NCBI RefSeq assembly: GCF_037042905.1
Contig: NC_087249.1
Location: 5,828,001-5,892,000 of the forward strand
Direction of reading: 5' to 3'
Length of the DNA stretch: 64,000 bases
DNA from: Lytechinus pictus
Taxonomy: Eukaryota
Shown: positions 40,101 through 52,100 of the stretch, in pieces
Numbering within the stretch: position 1 is the first letter of the stretch
Layout: the number at the start of each line of letters is the position of its first letter
The notes under the pieces: generated by a model
Told to the model about the DNA's origin: nothing
Database searches by the model: none
What the model saw: only the letters and a program-made list of their open reading frames with translations
Program-made: the position numbers and the translations under genes

Positions 40101-43100
40101 ATATTTCAAATTAGACCTTCCCAAGCTTTATTTCTGTGGGGCTTTTCTGAATTTTCTTTTCTATGGACCAGAGGTACTTTTATTGATTGCAAAACTATTC
40201 TTTAAAGTGTCTAAAGTTTGAATACAAAAGTGTTATCCAGAACTTGTAGTAAGCGTCTTGCATGTATACTAGCAAAGTATTTCAAATGAGAAAGCCCCTT
40301 TTCAATAAACTCAAATTTTCTTCAAAATATTCTGCACTTTTTGCAAGGCTTGGTTGAAATCTCGCTCAGTCTCTGCTTCTATATCTTTACTGATCAGAGT
40401 TCATATGAAAGATATGTAATTCAGTTCTATTGTTCACGTTTTAATTTTGCAGGATGAGATAGCTAAAGCTTGGTGTTTAAACAGAGAACAACCTTTAGTT
40501 GTACGTCTTCACTGCTCACTTAATAAATACCTGGATGAAAGTAAGTATATTTTCTATTTTATATTATACATGTATCTATATTTTTAACCCCCTTCAATAC
40601 TGTATAAGTTCTCCTTACCTCTCTCTGTTTTTATTTTCCCACCTTCTAATTACCCCCTTTTCTTTTTTTCTGTTATCAATCCTCTGAGATTTTTTCTCTT
40701 TATTTAAGCTATTGAGTGACAATACCATTAAAGATTATATTAGAAATGATTGAATTGAGAACAAATATATATGATACATTAATGTAATGAATAAATTTAA
40801 ATGAATGAAGTTAGTTGAAAACATGTTCCTAAATAAATTATTATTTTTAATCCATTTACCTTCAGATAGCCCACAAGTATCAGTATTCCAAAGTTCAAAG
40901 AGTAATCAACCAGGGGTCTGCAGTCAAATGAAAAAGTAAGTCATCACTTGGACGGATTTGCCAACCATACCATACCACCCTCTAGTAACTAACTTATTTT
41001 GGTGATTTGCAGTGTTTTCGAGACTAGCTTATCCAAGGATTAGCTTGTTCCAAGGACTTGCTCTGCCATAAATACTTTGCTTTTGAGATCAAAGCTGAAA
41101 CTTGGACCTTACTTCTGTGACTTAACTTCTAATGTCACAGGTGATAGGGAGACTGGTCTTTGTGACTTACATGTAGCTTCTGAGATCAAGACTAAAACTG
41201 ATTCTTGACTTTCTCTGATTAAACTTTTGAGATCAAAGCTGAAACTGTTACTTGACTTTTTGCAAGTCATGTGGCCCTCTCTTGTTTTAGATAATATATC
41301 CCTGTGCAGCTGACACAGCATCTAAGAACATGTTTTAGTCGTGCATAACTTTGAGATCAACTTTATAAAGCGCCACCCTGAAATTTCTGGACATTCAACG
41401 CTGATAAGACACCATGAAAATCACATTTATTTAGTTTTGTTGCATCGTTGTCCTTTATTTGCCCACTCATTTTTCTTTCGAATTGTCTGCAGTTATATTC
41501 ATCGTCGGTGTGTTCCATCATCCAAGTGATTTGATGGATCATTGGCTGACACAATCATATGTGTTTTTGTTTTGTCTTGTCTTTCTTTGTCTTTTAGAAT
41601 CACACAGAGCTTCCTCCTTGCCCACTGGAAATCTCTTAGCAACAAAGCAGTACTTGCCCATCTCAAGAGCAGAGAGAAATCCCCAAGCAAGTGAGTGATG
41701 ATCTCCCTCCTAAAACCTTCCCCCCAAACACACAATCTCTGCCAGTCCATAGGAAATTTATCTCCCCGCTCATTCACTCTCTCTTTCTTTCTCCCACTTT
41801 CTTTCATACTCAACAGTCTTCCTCCTTATCTTTCTCCTCCTTTACCTTTTCTTTTCCCTTTCTCCTCCTTTCCCTTTTCTTTTCCCTTTCTCGTCTTGCT
41901 TCTCTTGACCTCTTCTCATAACTCTTTTTCTTTGTTTCTCTACTTTCCCTCTTTCCCCCCTCCACTGATCCCCTTCCTCCAATTCCTCCTTTTAATCTTT
42001 TTCTTCTGTTTCTCTTTCTCTCCTCCCCCCTCCCCCTCCTATCATTCCCTCTCTTTCATTCTCCAACATCCTGCTCCTTTCCCTTCCCTTTTTTAAACTC
42101 TTTCTCCCTCTATCTCCCTTCCCCTTTACCTTCTTCATCCTCCTTTCATCCACCTTCCCTAATTTCCCTTTCTTTTCCTTCCATCCATCCTTCACTCCCC
42201 CTCAACCTTGCCCCAAAATACTAATATAACACCATCCAATGTTGAACTCCAAGGAATCAAGACTAATGATGACTTATTTTTCATATGAAATGAAATTAAT
42301 GTAATTATAAAGTAAAATTCATATTGTTAAAAGTGTCATAAACCATCTCTGGGGACCATTTCTATAGTTTATTATTTTCAGGGACTATTGTTAAAAGCTA
42401 CCAAAAATCCATGTATCTGATTGGTTCAGAGAATATTTGTCAGTGAACACCACTGACTATTTTGTTTCATGAAACACCCCCTTCCTGATTTTTTGACTTT
42501 GTGATGTTTGTCTGACCCTGTTTCCACAGGACATGTCAGCGAGATGGCCATCGGAACCACAGCAACACGTCAAGGGGTCGAACTCTTACAATTCCTATCT
42601 CTTTCTCCAGAAGTTCCAGCTCTATGAGCCAGTCACCAAGTTCAGAGTGAGTTTTGAAGAAATTAAAGAGATTGGTATTCCATTTTGTATCATATCTCAT
42701 GTGAAACCCTTCTTTCAGATACATCATACTAATACAATTTCTTTATACATAAATAACATCACATGTTTTTGGCATAAACGTCTTTATATGGATATAAATA
42801 TGTGTAGATTCACAGTCATGAAAGCACCAAAACCTGGGGGGGGGGGGGTCACTCTTCACATGGACTGCTACCCACCCGTGTCCGACAACCTCAGAAATGC
42901 ACCCTAAATGGCGTAACTCGATTAACTAAATTTGCAACCCTATATGGCGTAACCCATGAGAAAACCCACCCTAAGTGGCGTGAACAGGGAAATCCCCTAA
43001 TTTGATACCCTAAGTGGTTTAAACATCGAAATCGATTAATTTGATACCATAACTGATGACTGATGTTAAATACAGCAGGTATAAATTCCATTTTTTTAAA

Positions 43101-46100
43101 GTTATTGGAAGTAAGGCCAACATGATTACTCTCAAGGACAGTGCACCTCTCTTAGCCACTTGAATATCCATCTTTTGAGCCTAAATTAATGAATGCAAGT
43201 GAAAATGTTGCCTGCCATGACTGACTGATGCATCACTTACCATTCGTTTTACCAATTTTATCAAATCTTGAAAAAATGGAATCCATACCAGTTAATGTGT
43301 TGAAAAATACATTCATTAATTAAACCGGTATCTCCTTTTTTTATTGATAATAAAAAACAGGTATGAATCAAACAAAAAGGTAACTATAGGTAACGTGTGC
43401 TACCTAGTATAGAGCTGGGTGTAAGAGACTATAGCTCGGACTGTATGGGGGTATTCTCTCGTAAGTGCTGCGCTGGCCGGCGTGTGCGAGGACTATTTTG
43501 TATCCCATAAAATCACGCCCTTCATGGTGTTTCAGACCTGCCAACCAGTACGTTTTTGCAAGCAAAATACGGCAGTAAGTTTTTTCTTTAAAAAATATGT
43601 TTTTGTAAAAAAAAAAAATCTTTTTTTTATTTTATTTTTTTACAAAATCGTAATTTATTTAAAAAAAATCATCTCTATATGTCTCTATTTCATAAAACTT
43701 ACACAAATATGGTTATTAGATCAATGTAATTTCACGTAACTTGTTTTTTTTTTCAATCATTTTGATAAAACCAGGGTGAGATATACACATGTTTAAATTT
43801 TTTTTTTCATCTGCAAGAGCAGTGCGCATTTTAGCTTGCATGCAGCTTGAGTGCCGCGATGAGCGAGTGCGCCACGCATTTATTATGAAATACACTTTTT
43901 TGGGGAAAAATACACTTTTTTTTATCACAGAATACAATTTTTCATTCCCAGAGGTTGGCAGGTCTGGTGTTTATGGCCTTAGATCTGCTCCTGAATCTCT
44001 TCAAATTTTCCTAAATTTGCAACCCTAAATGGCGTAGATATCTACTCAAATTTGCACCCCTCAATGGCGTAATTTTCATAACCAAATAAGCAACCCTAAA
44101 TGCTGTGAAGAGAGAGAGAAAAGGCTACCCTAATAGGCAATTTTCCTGAGTGCCTGAAACGGGACCCATTTTGATGCTTTTTTTGGACGCGGGTGCTTAG
44201 CAGTCCATGTGGAGAGTGACCCCCCCCCCCCGCGACCAAAACCATGATTTATGTTTATCATGAAATGTAATTGCTTGAACTCCCTCAATTGATAGCTTTG
44301 CTGCAGCAATTTGATTGTGATTGATATATTTCTTTAGGTCTCCCTCACCGGTCTCCCCCGACTCCTCTTCCAAGAAGTTTGGAAAGAAGATATTTCCATG
44401 GCAACCATTTCAACGATCCACATCCACAGGTCATTCACCCCCTTCGCCTGGCAAGGAAGAGTTGCATCTCATTCCAGCAGCAACTGAGGTATAGACTTGG
44501 AATATGATTTTTATCATTCTTCTTTGTTTGAAGAAGTGGAATGGTGGTGTAATTGTATTTTTAAAAAAATAAGAAATTAATGATTTGGGTTGAATATATA
44601 TGCTGTTGATTACAAAAATGATAATGATGCTGGTGATAATAATGATGAAGAGGATGATGGTGGTCATGATGATGATGATTGTGATGATTGTGNNNNNNNN
44701 NNNNNNNNNNNNNNNNNNNNNNNNNNNNNNNNNNNNNNNNNNNNNNNNNNNNNNNNNNNNNNNNNNNNNNNNNNNNNNNNNNNNNNNNNNNNNNNNNNNN
44801 NNNNNNNNNNNNNNNNNNNNNNNNNNNNNNNNNNNNNNNNNNNNNNNNNNNNNNNNNNNNNNNNNNNNNNNNNNNNNNNNNNNNNNNNNNNNNNNNNNNN
44901 NNNNNNNNNNNNNNNNNNNNNNNNNNNNNNNNNNNNNNNNNNNNNNNNNNNNNNNNNNNNNNNNNNNNNNNNNNNNNNNNNNNNNNNNNNNNNNNNNNNN
45001 NNNNNNNNNNNNNNNNNNNNNNNNNNNNNNNNNNNNNNNNNNNNNNNNNNNNNNNNNNNNNNNNNNNNNNNNNNNNNNNNNNNNNNNNNNNNNNNNNNNN
45101 NNNNNNNNNNNNNNNNNNNNNNNNNNNNNNNNNNNNNNNNNNNNNNNNNNNNNNNNNNNNNNNNNNNNNNNNNNNNNNNNNNNNNNNNNNGCTGCTGTTG
45201 ATAATGAAGATAGCAAAATAATGCAGATGATGAAATTCTGTTTTTCTTTCTCTCTTCAACAGGATCAGAAGCAAGCAAAGCAGATTCCAAGCTTAGAGAA
45301 TGGTTTCCTGTGGCAGATGTATGGTTACCTCAAGAACAGGATACCAACTCTCAGTGAATTCTGTGTTGTCTGTGATGAACCACATATATTTCAAAATGGT
45401 GCAATGTTAAAGGTGAGATGATAAAAGAGATAAACACCCTACCCCTATCAATCACTTGTTTTTACCAAATGCAATTGTGACAAGTGAATTTGCAAAATTA
45501 TGAAGTATAATTCATTTATTTGAACATTTTTTATATTATTTCAATATTGTTTTAAATGTTTCTCTTTTAGAATTGTTTGATGTTTTTATTTTAACATTGT
45601 TTAATATTATTTTAACATTATTTTAATGTGATTTTAATATTATTTGATGTTCTTTTGTTACAACGTTCCCTATTGCTAGCCAGGGGCGACACCATGGTAC
45701 CTTGATAGGGGGCGTGTTGACCTCAAGGTAACATCATTTTTATGGGAAGTCTCTATTGATGTAATATAGAGTAACATGGCCCAGATCTATTCTATATGAT
45801 CCTGCATTCTTTCTTATTTCTTCCCTTGTCTTACTTTTTTTCCCCTTCTCTTTTCCATACTTACCCCCCCCCCCCCTCCCCCCCGGAAGGCACTGCCCAT
45901 GTGACTAGCAGTGACGAGGTGGGCATGGCTGTACTTTTATGATGAAAAATATCTCTAGGAAAATAAAAATGGTTCTGGTGATTTCTTCTAAATAGGCTTC
46001 CTGAAATAAGTTATTTTAACACTGGCAAAGCTGTATTATTATGAGGAATATTATCTTTGGGAAAACTAAGAATGGCTCTGGTAAAATGAAAAATGGCTCT

Positions 46101-49100
46101 GATGTTTTCTTCTAAGTGGCTTCCTAAAATAAAAAAGGTAATTTTAACACTGGCAAGGCAGTATCATTATGAGGAAAAATTGTTCTGATGGGAACCTAAA
46201 AATGACTCTGGGGCCTGTTTCATAAAACCTGTTATAATAACAAATTTATATTAACAGTGAAAAGCTACTGAAATCCTTCAATCTCATTGGCTGGTAGTAC
46301 ATTTGTTATGGAATTGTGCATGTGTTATTATAACCAGCATGTGTAAAGATAAATAATGCCATTTATGATGACAAAAATGAGTTCGAACAGAATTTTAAGA
46401 AGTGCTCAGTGTGTGTGTGAAAATAATTGCCCAATGATTATATTGAAAAAATGTGTTATTACTGAGAAATGGGGGGGGGGGGAATGGAAATCTTTTCAGG
46501 TGTTGGATTTTTTTCAAGCACTAAAAATACAGTTCATTTTCAGCTTAGATTTCATGATTTCACCTAGTTGGGTTAAATGCGCATGTGAACCAGATATTAG
46601 ACTATAATGACAATCTTGATTCTAAAGACTTTCTTATGAATTCTTTGTTTGCTGTAACTAAAAGTACTTAGCATTAAAGGGATTGAGTGATTTTATGGAG
46701 GTTTGCAAAAATCTGAGCTGTGGTGTCCTGTATAAATTACTAGTATGCTGTCAATGCATGCAATGATATTTCAAGCCCTCAAAATTTTATTTCATGAGTA
46801 TCATGTAGGTGATTATATTCTGACAATGGACTATAGTGTTAACCTATGAAAGTGTACCTAGGGATGCTTATGAATATTGTCATCTTTATGGCAGCAATCA
46901 AGAATATAGGTTAGCTTTAAAATATCAGGCGATTCCTGACTGACTCAACAGGTTACAATTACAGTATTAGCCTCAAGAGAAAAAAATATTGTTACATGTA
47001 GATCCTAATTGAAGTTAAACAATCCTTTAAAAAAAAAAATTCTTCTCTTTTCCTTTCTCTTTCATTGTCAGCCTGCTGTGTGTGAGCGCGAGCTGTGTGT
47101 ATTCTCATTCCAAATGCTCGGGGTAATGCAGGATGCGGCAGAGAATATAGCTACAGGTGCAGAGGTCGTTGACCTGCTTGTCTCGATGGTGCTGGCCGCT
47201 GTCAAATCAAGGCGGAGACAACTTATACTGGATCCGTTCCCGAGTGTGGTTGACCCAAAGAATAGCAAAGAGCTGGCTTTCTCTCCCAAGGTAACGTCTT
47301 TTGTATTCGCTAGTTCTCTATTGAGATAATAGCGTATTTTAGCATCCATTTCACAGACACTTTCTGTAACGTTCAGAATCTATTGCAAATGCCCGTCAAA
47401 TCACAATAGACAGATTAGAGGTCATTGTCGAAAGGTGGTGGACTGGGACAGCACATCGTCTTTAGATTTGGACTGGACAAAATATTGCAAATATGGCATT
47501 TGTTCAGAGTCCTTGGCAGCGTTTCCTCAACATCTCTTGTCTGACAAGTTATAAGTTCTTCAAACTTTTCTTGATTCTGATTGGTCTCGTCAGAAAAAAG
47601 GTCTGACAAGTCATTTCATGAAACTCTGCCCCGAACGACACTGTTTTGTTATGAAGGGCTTTTGACAAAAGATTCTCTGTGTTATAGAAAGCGTCTGTGA
47701 GGTGATTGCTAAAATGCCCTAATGGAAGAGGTATTGGGAGCGTGGTTGTTACACCTAAAATTGAACCGAATATTAGACATGAATTTAATTAATATATACA
47801 AACCTATATTCTGAAGAATAAGTGTGCCAAAAATTTCGTCAGACTTCGAGCGAAATATAACAAAGATGAAAAATGATAATTTGTTCATAATACATGTAAC
47901 TTGCCGATGTTGTACCGTGTATCCTGGAGAATAAGTGTGCCAAAAATCTCTTCAGAAGTTGAGCAGAACGCATCAAAGATGAAAAATACAAGATGATAAC
48001 TGCTTTGCCCTATATTGACTTCCCTTCCTCCTCGATGCAGAAAAAGAATTTTGATCGGTTGGAGTGTACGCTAGATAAATTCAGTTCCATGACAGACATG
48101 TTAGCTGCTGGCAGTGTGACAGATATGAAGAAACAGATGGACAAGATGGATGTCTTAGCGTATCCTCTGTTGCAATGGTAAGAGTGAATGCACACCATAA
48201 AAAGCCTTATGTGTGATAACCATTACAAACATAATGCTTATACACAAATGAGAAATCTTATGTATGATAAGTATAGTCCTTCATTGAATGATGATACACT
48301 GACACAAAACCTTATGTATGACAACCATAGTCCTTCATTGAATGGTGATACGTTGACACAAAACCCTTAAGTTATGTATGATAACCATAGTCCTTTATTA
48401 GATGGTGATACACTGACACAAAACCTTATATATGATAACTAGTCCTTCATTGAATGATGATACACTGACACAAAACCTTATGTATGACAACCATAGTCCT
48501 TCATTGAATGGTGATACACTGACACATACCCTTATGTATGATAACCATTATGAACTTTATGAACTTTATGCTGCTACACACACACAAATTTAATTATGAT
48601 AACCATAGTGATACACTGACACAAAACCTGTGTGGAAACCATTAAGAAATTATTGGTGTTACACATGCAAAACTGCATGTGTTATTTCTTTAAGGTGATA
48701 CATTATCACAAAACATGATGTATGTTTATCCAATATGAACACATAGGTATAGATTCCACCATGGCTCCTGCATGTACCATAATTATAGTTATACAGAACT
48801 TATATGGCACCTGTTATATAATATGTTACAATACACTTACATGATATATAGGTCTTTTTTCGGACAATGAAAAAAGGTACACTTTATATTTGAAACATTA
48901 CCTATGATTCAAACATATATGGATTTGTAGATTATAAAGGTATAGATATTTTAAGCATAATGCCTTTTAATGAATTAGCATCAAGTATTGGAAGTTTTAT
49001 CCTTCCCCATTGTTTTTTTTTTAATGTAACCTGAGTTTTTATTTGAAATGACAATAAGTTGTGTTATTTCACCTATTATGTTTGCAGGATCATTTCCAGT

Positions 49101-52100
49101 AACAGATCACATATAGTGAAGTTACCGACTAACAAGGTATGTTATAACAAATGATATCTTCATCACGGTTTGGTTTTTATTTTGTCCTTAAGATCTATGG
49201 CACAAATTTGGCAAATCTTAAGATACTACATTTTTATATTGAAGTTTTTGTTCTTATTTACTCTGTGATTTTTTTCAATAATAAAAAATAATAGTCTTGA
49301 AAATCTGTTTGGAAACTCTTGTTGGAATGCTCCCCAGGGAGTGGCAAATGTGCATACAATGTGTGCAGGCGTTCCAGGAGACAGTGACTTGGGTGATGAA
49401 ATATATACACATAAGTGACATTATTCCAGTATAGTTTATGTGTTTAATCTCATATAAAAGCCGAAAATTGCTGTACATATACATTGTACTATCAACTCGC
49501 TCTCGCTCTGATTGTATTTGCATTGAGTGCGTCGTGGCCTAGTGGGCATGACTCTCGTCTTTCAATCTGAGGGACGTGGGTTCAATTCCCAGCCATGGTG
49601 TGTTTTCCTCCAGCAAGAAATTTACCCACAATATGCTCCATTCAACCCAGGTGAGGTGAATGGATACCCGGTAGGAAGAAATTCCTCCAATGCTTGAGCG
49701 CCTATATAGGCAGCGCAGCTAAAGCCGGGGTAATAATAGCAGCACCTTATATCCTCAGGCAAAAAAGCATTATATAAATCAAACTATTATTATTATTTTA
49801 CAGCAAATTCGGTTCATGCACACGCCACACCAGTTCCTCCTCCTCAGCAGTACTCCATCCAAAGAGACGGCCTTCAGGAAAGCTAAACAAGAACATGGCA
49901 GTATATTTGCTTTTCAGTAAGTGTCTAGCTTTCCTGTCCCATTCCTAACCATCAGGAAAGCAGTTCTTTCCATTTCGTTTCGTTTTATTAATATCCATTT
50001 TCAACGATTACAATATGATTGGTTGTGTAAATCTTGATATGAGAAATAAACATACATGTATGAGATTTTGAAAGAAAACTGTAAAAGTATTTGATAGGGC
50101 CAAGCATCTTTCTATGTACAATATATAGTCATGATTATCATATAAACAGGTTGGCAATTGAGGAGGCTGCTAAAAAAGCAGAGCTTGTAGGGTGCAAGCT
50201 CCTATTTAAAACATTCTTATATTAATACTATAGACCCCCCCCCCCCAAAAAAAAAAGAACCACTCAAGTACAACAAGATGACAACTTGAGCATAAAACCA
50301 CTTAATTGGATATTGTTGAAATAAAGATGAAACAGGAAAGAGAAAGGGAGAGTTTATAGGACTCCAGATAAGCATCCAGATGAAGGATCGAGTCTGTGTC
50401 ATTCAACGACTATTGTTATAAGCTACTGAAATCCTTGCATCTGAATGGCTCAGAGCAAATAAAAAACTTTTCATGAAATATTCCCGAGGCCATAACCCAT
50501 TTGAATGAGAATTGTTCTATTATATTTTGATGAAAATTTGTTTTTGTTTGATTTTCTTTGTTCAAAATGTACAATGTGGCATTTCAATCAACTGATTAAT
50601 GTAAACAAATCTAAATGCTTTTAAAAGGAAGAAGTTGATGATTGCTCTTCCTCCTCTCCTTTTCTTCTCACCCTTCTCCTCATTCTCATCCTTCTATTCT
50701 TCCTTCTCCTCTCTCCTCTTCTTTATATCCTCCTCCTTCTCATCCTTTTCCTCTTCCTCCTCCTTTTCCCCTTTTTTCTTCTCTGAATCCCCCCTTCTCC
50801 TTCCTTTCCTCCCCTCTCTCTCCTACTTCTCTCCTTTCTTCTTCTCTTAACCCTCTGCTCCTCCTCTTTCTCCTCCTCTTTCTCCTCCCCCTTTTTCTCC
50901 TTCTCTTCTTCCTCCTCCATTTCCTTATTCTCCTCTTCCTTCTCCTTATCCGTTTTAAGTATCATGAAAATAATGTAAATTGGTGAAATCTTCAGTTAGG
51001 GGATTGCATGTAAGGTATGGATTATGCAAGGTGTTTGCATCTTTGTCCAATAGGCCTACAGTTTTCCGTCAAGCTCTACTTTCATTGGAAAATAGTAATA
51101 CATATTTTTTTTCCTTTCATTTGACAGTGGTTCTAACATAGAGAACTGGCACTCTATCCTGAGACATGGTCTTATCAATGCATCGGGCACTAAACATCAG
51201 GTATGGTAGTTGAAAATTAAAAAGAATAATGGAAAATATTGTGTATTCTTTTTTATGTCTTGGATGTTAAAAAAGGCTTCAAACGTGTGTTTATACTTTA
51301 CAGGGATATGATTTTATTGTCTCGCCCACCAGAAGTGAAGGCGAGACAAGGGATCCAAAGGTCATCAGTCCGTCACAAACATTATGACACATGACTTTGC
51401 AACAATAAGTCACTTTTCAACCAAACTTGGATTGTAGATGTACTTAGGGGACCTGCATGTTATGGTGCAGTCGCAGGTCACACAGTAAGGTCAAAAGTCA
51501 TTTTGAGGTCAATGTTAAAGTTTACCTGCAAGACTCTCTTATGACACATAACTCTGCAACCGTAAGTCACTTTTAAACCAAACTTGGTCGGGATAGTGAT
51601 GACGATATTGATGAGGATGATGATGATGTTTGTTCACATTGCTGTTGATATCATTATTGATTATGATTTTCCCATCAGATGCATGGAGCTGCTTATGGTA
51701 AAGGCATCTATCTGAGTCCACATTCTAGTGTATCATTTGGCTACTCAGGAATGGGACATGGAATCCATCAGCCTGTCAAGAAACTACCTCCAGTTGTAAG
51801 TAACCCTTCCACATCGATCATATTCCCCTTTCATGGAAAATCCCTGGAAATATCCCTATTTCAACTAATTACCTCTTTTGATGGTGTATACGGAAGGGGG
51901 TCTGCAAATTTGATTTTTTTTTTTTTGAGGTGTCACAGCGAAGCAGTATCAGGTGCCTGATCTCATGCATGAAAATCTAAGCAGGGATCATGATATATGT
52001 TATACATGCTCACTTTATGTGCAAGATCATTCCTAATTTCCTTTGTGATTTAGTTTAATGATGCTTTGCATTTGTTAGATGACACTTATATGCTGTGTAT

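Noticed and set aside
41040-41365. TTTGAGATCAAAGCTGAAA repeats reading KLLRSKLK, reminiscent of the PARP8 KxHKLL repeats
   Set aside because: All three frames from the nearby acceptor hit stops, and exons 9 and 10 join in frame without it; treated as a degenerate intronic repeat.
48190-48640. Regularly spaced repeats (also 5795-6745 and 53455-54370) resembling CRISPR arrays
   Set aside because: Whole units repeat with no unique spacers, there are no cas genes, and the context is eukaryotic introns.
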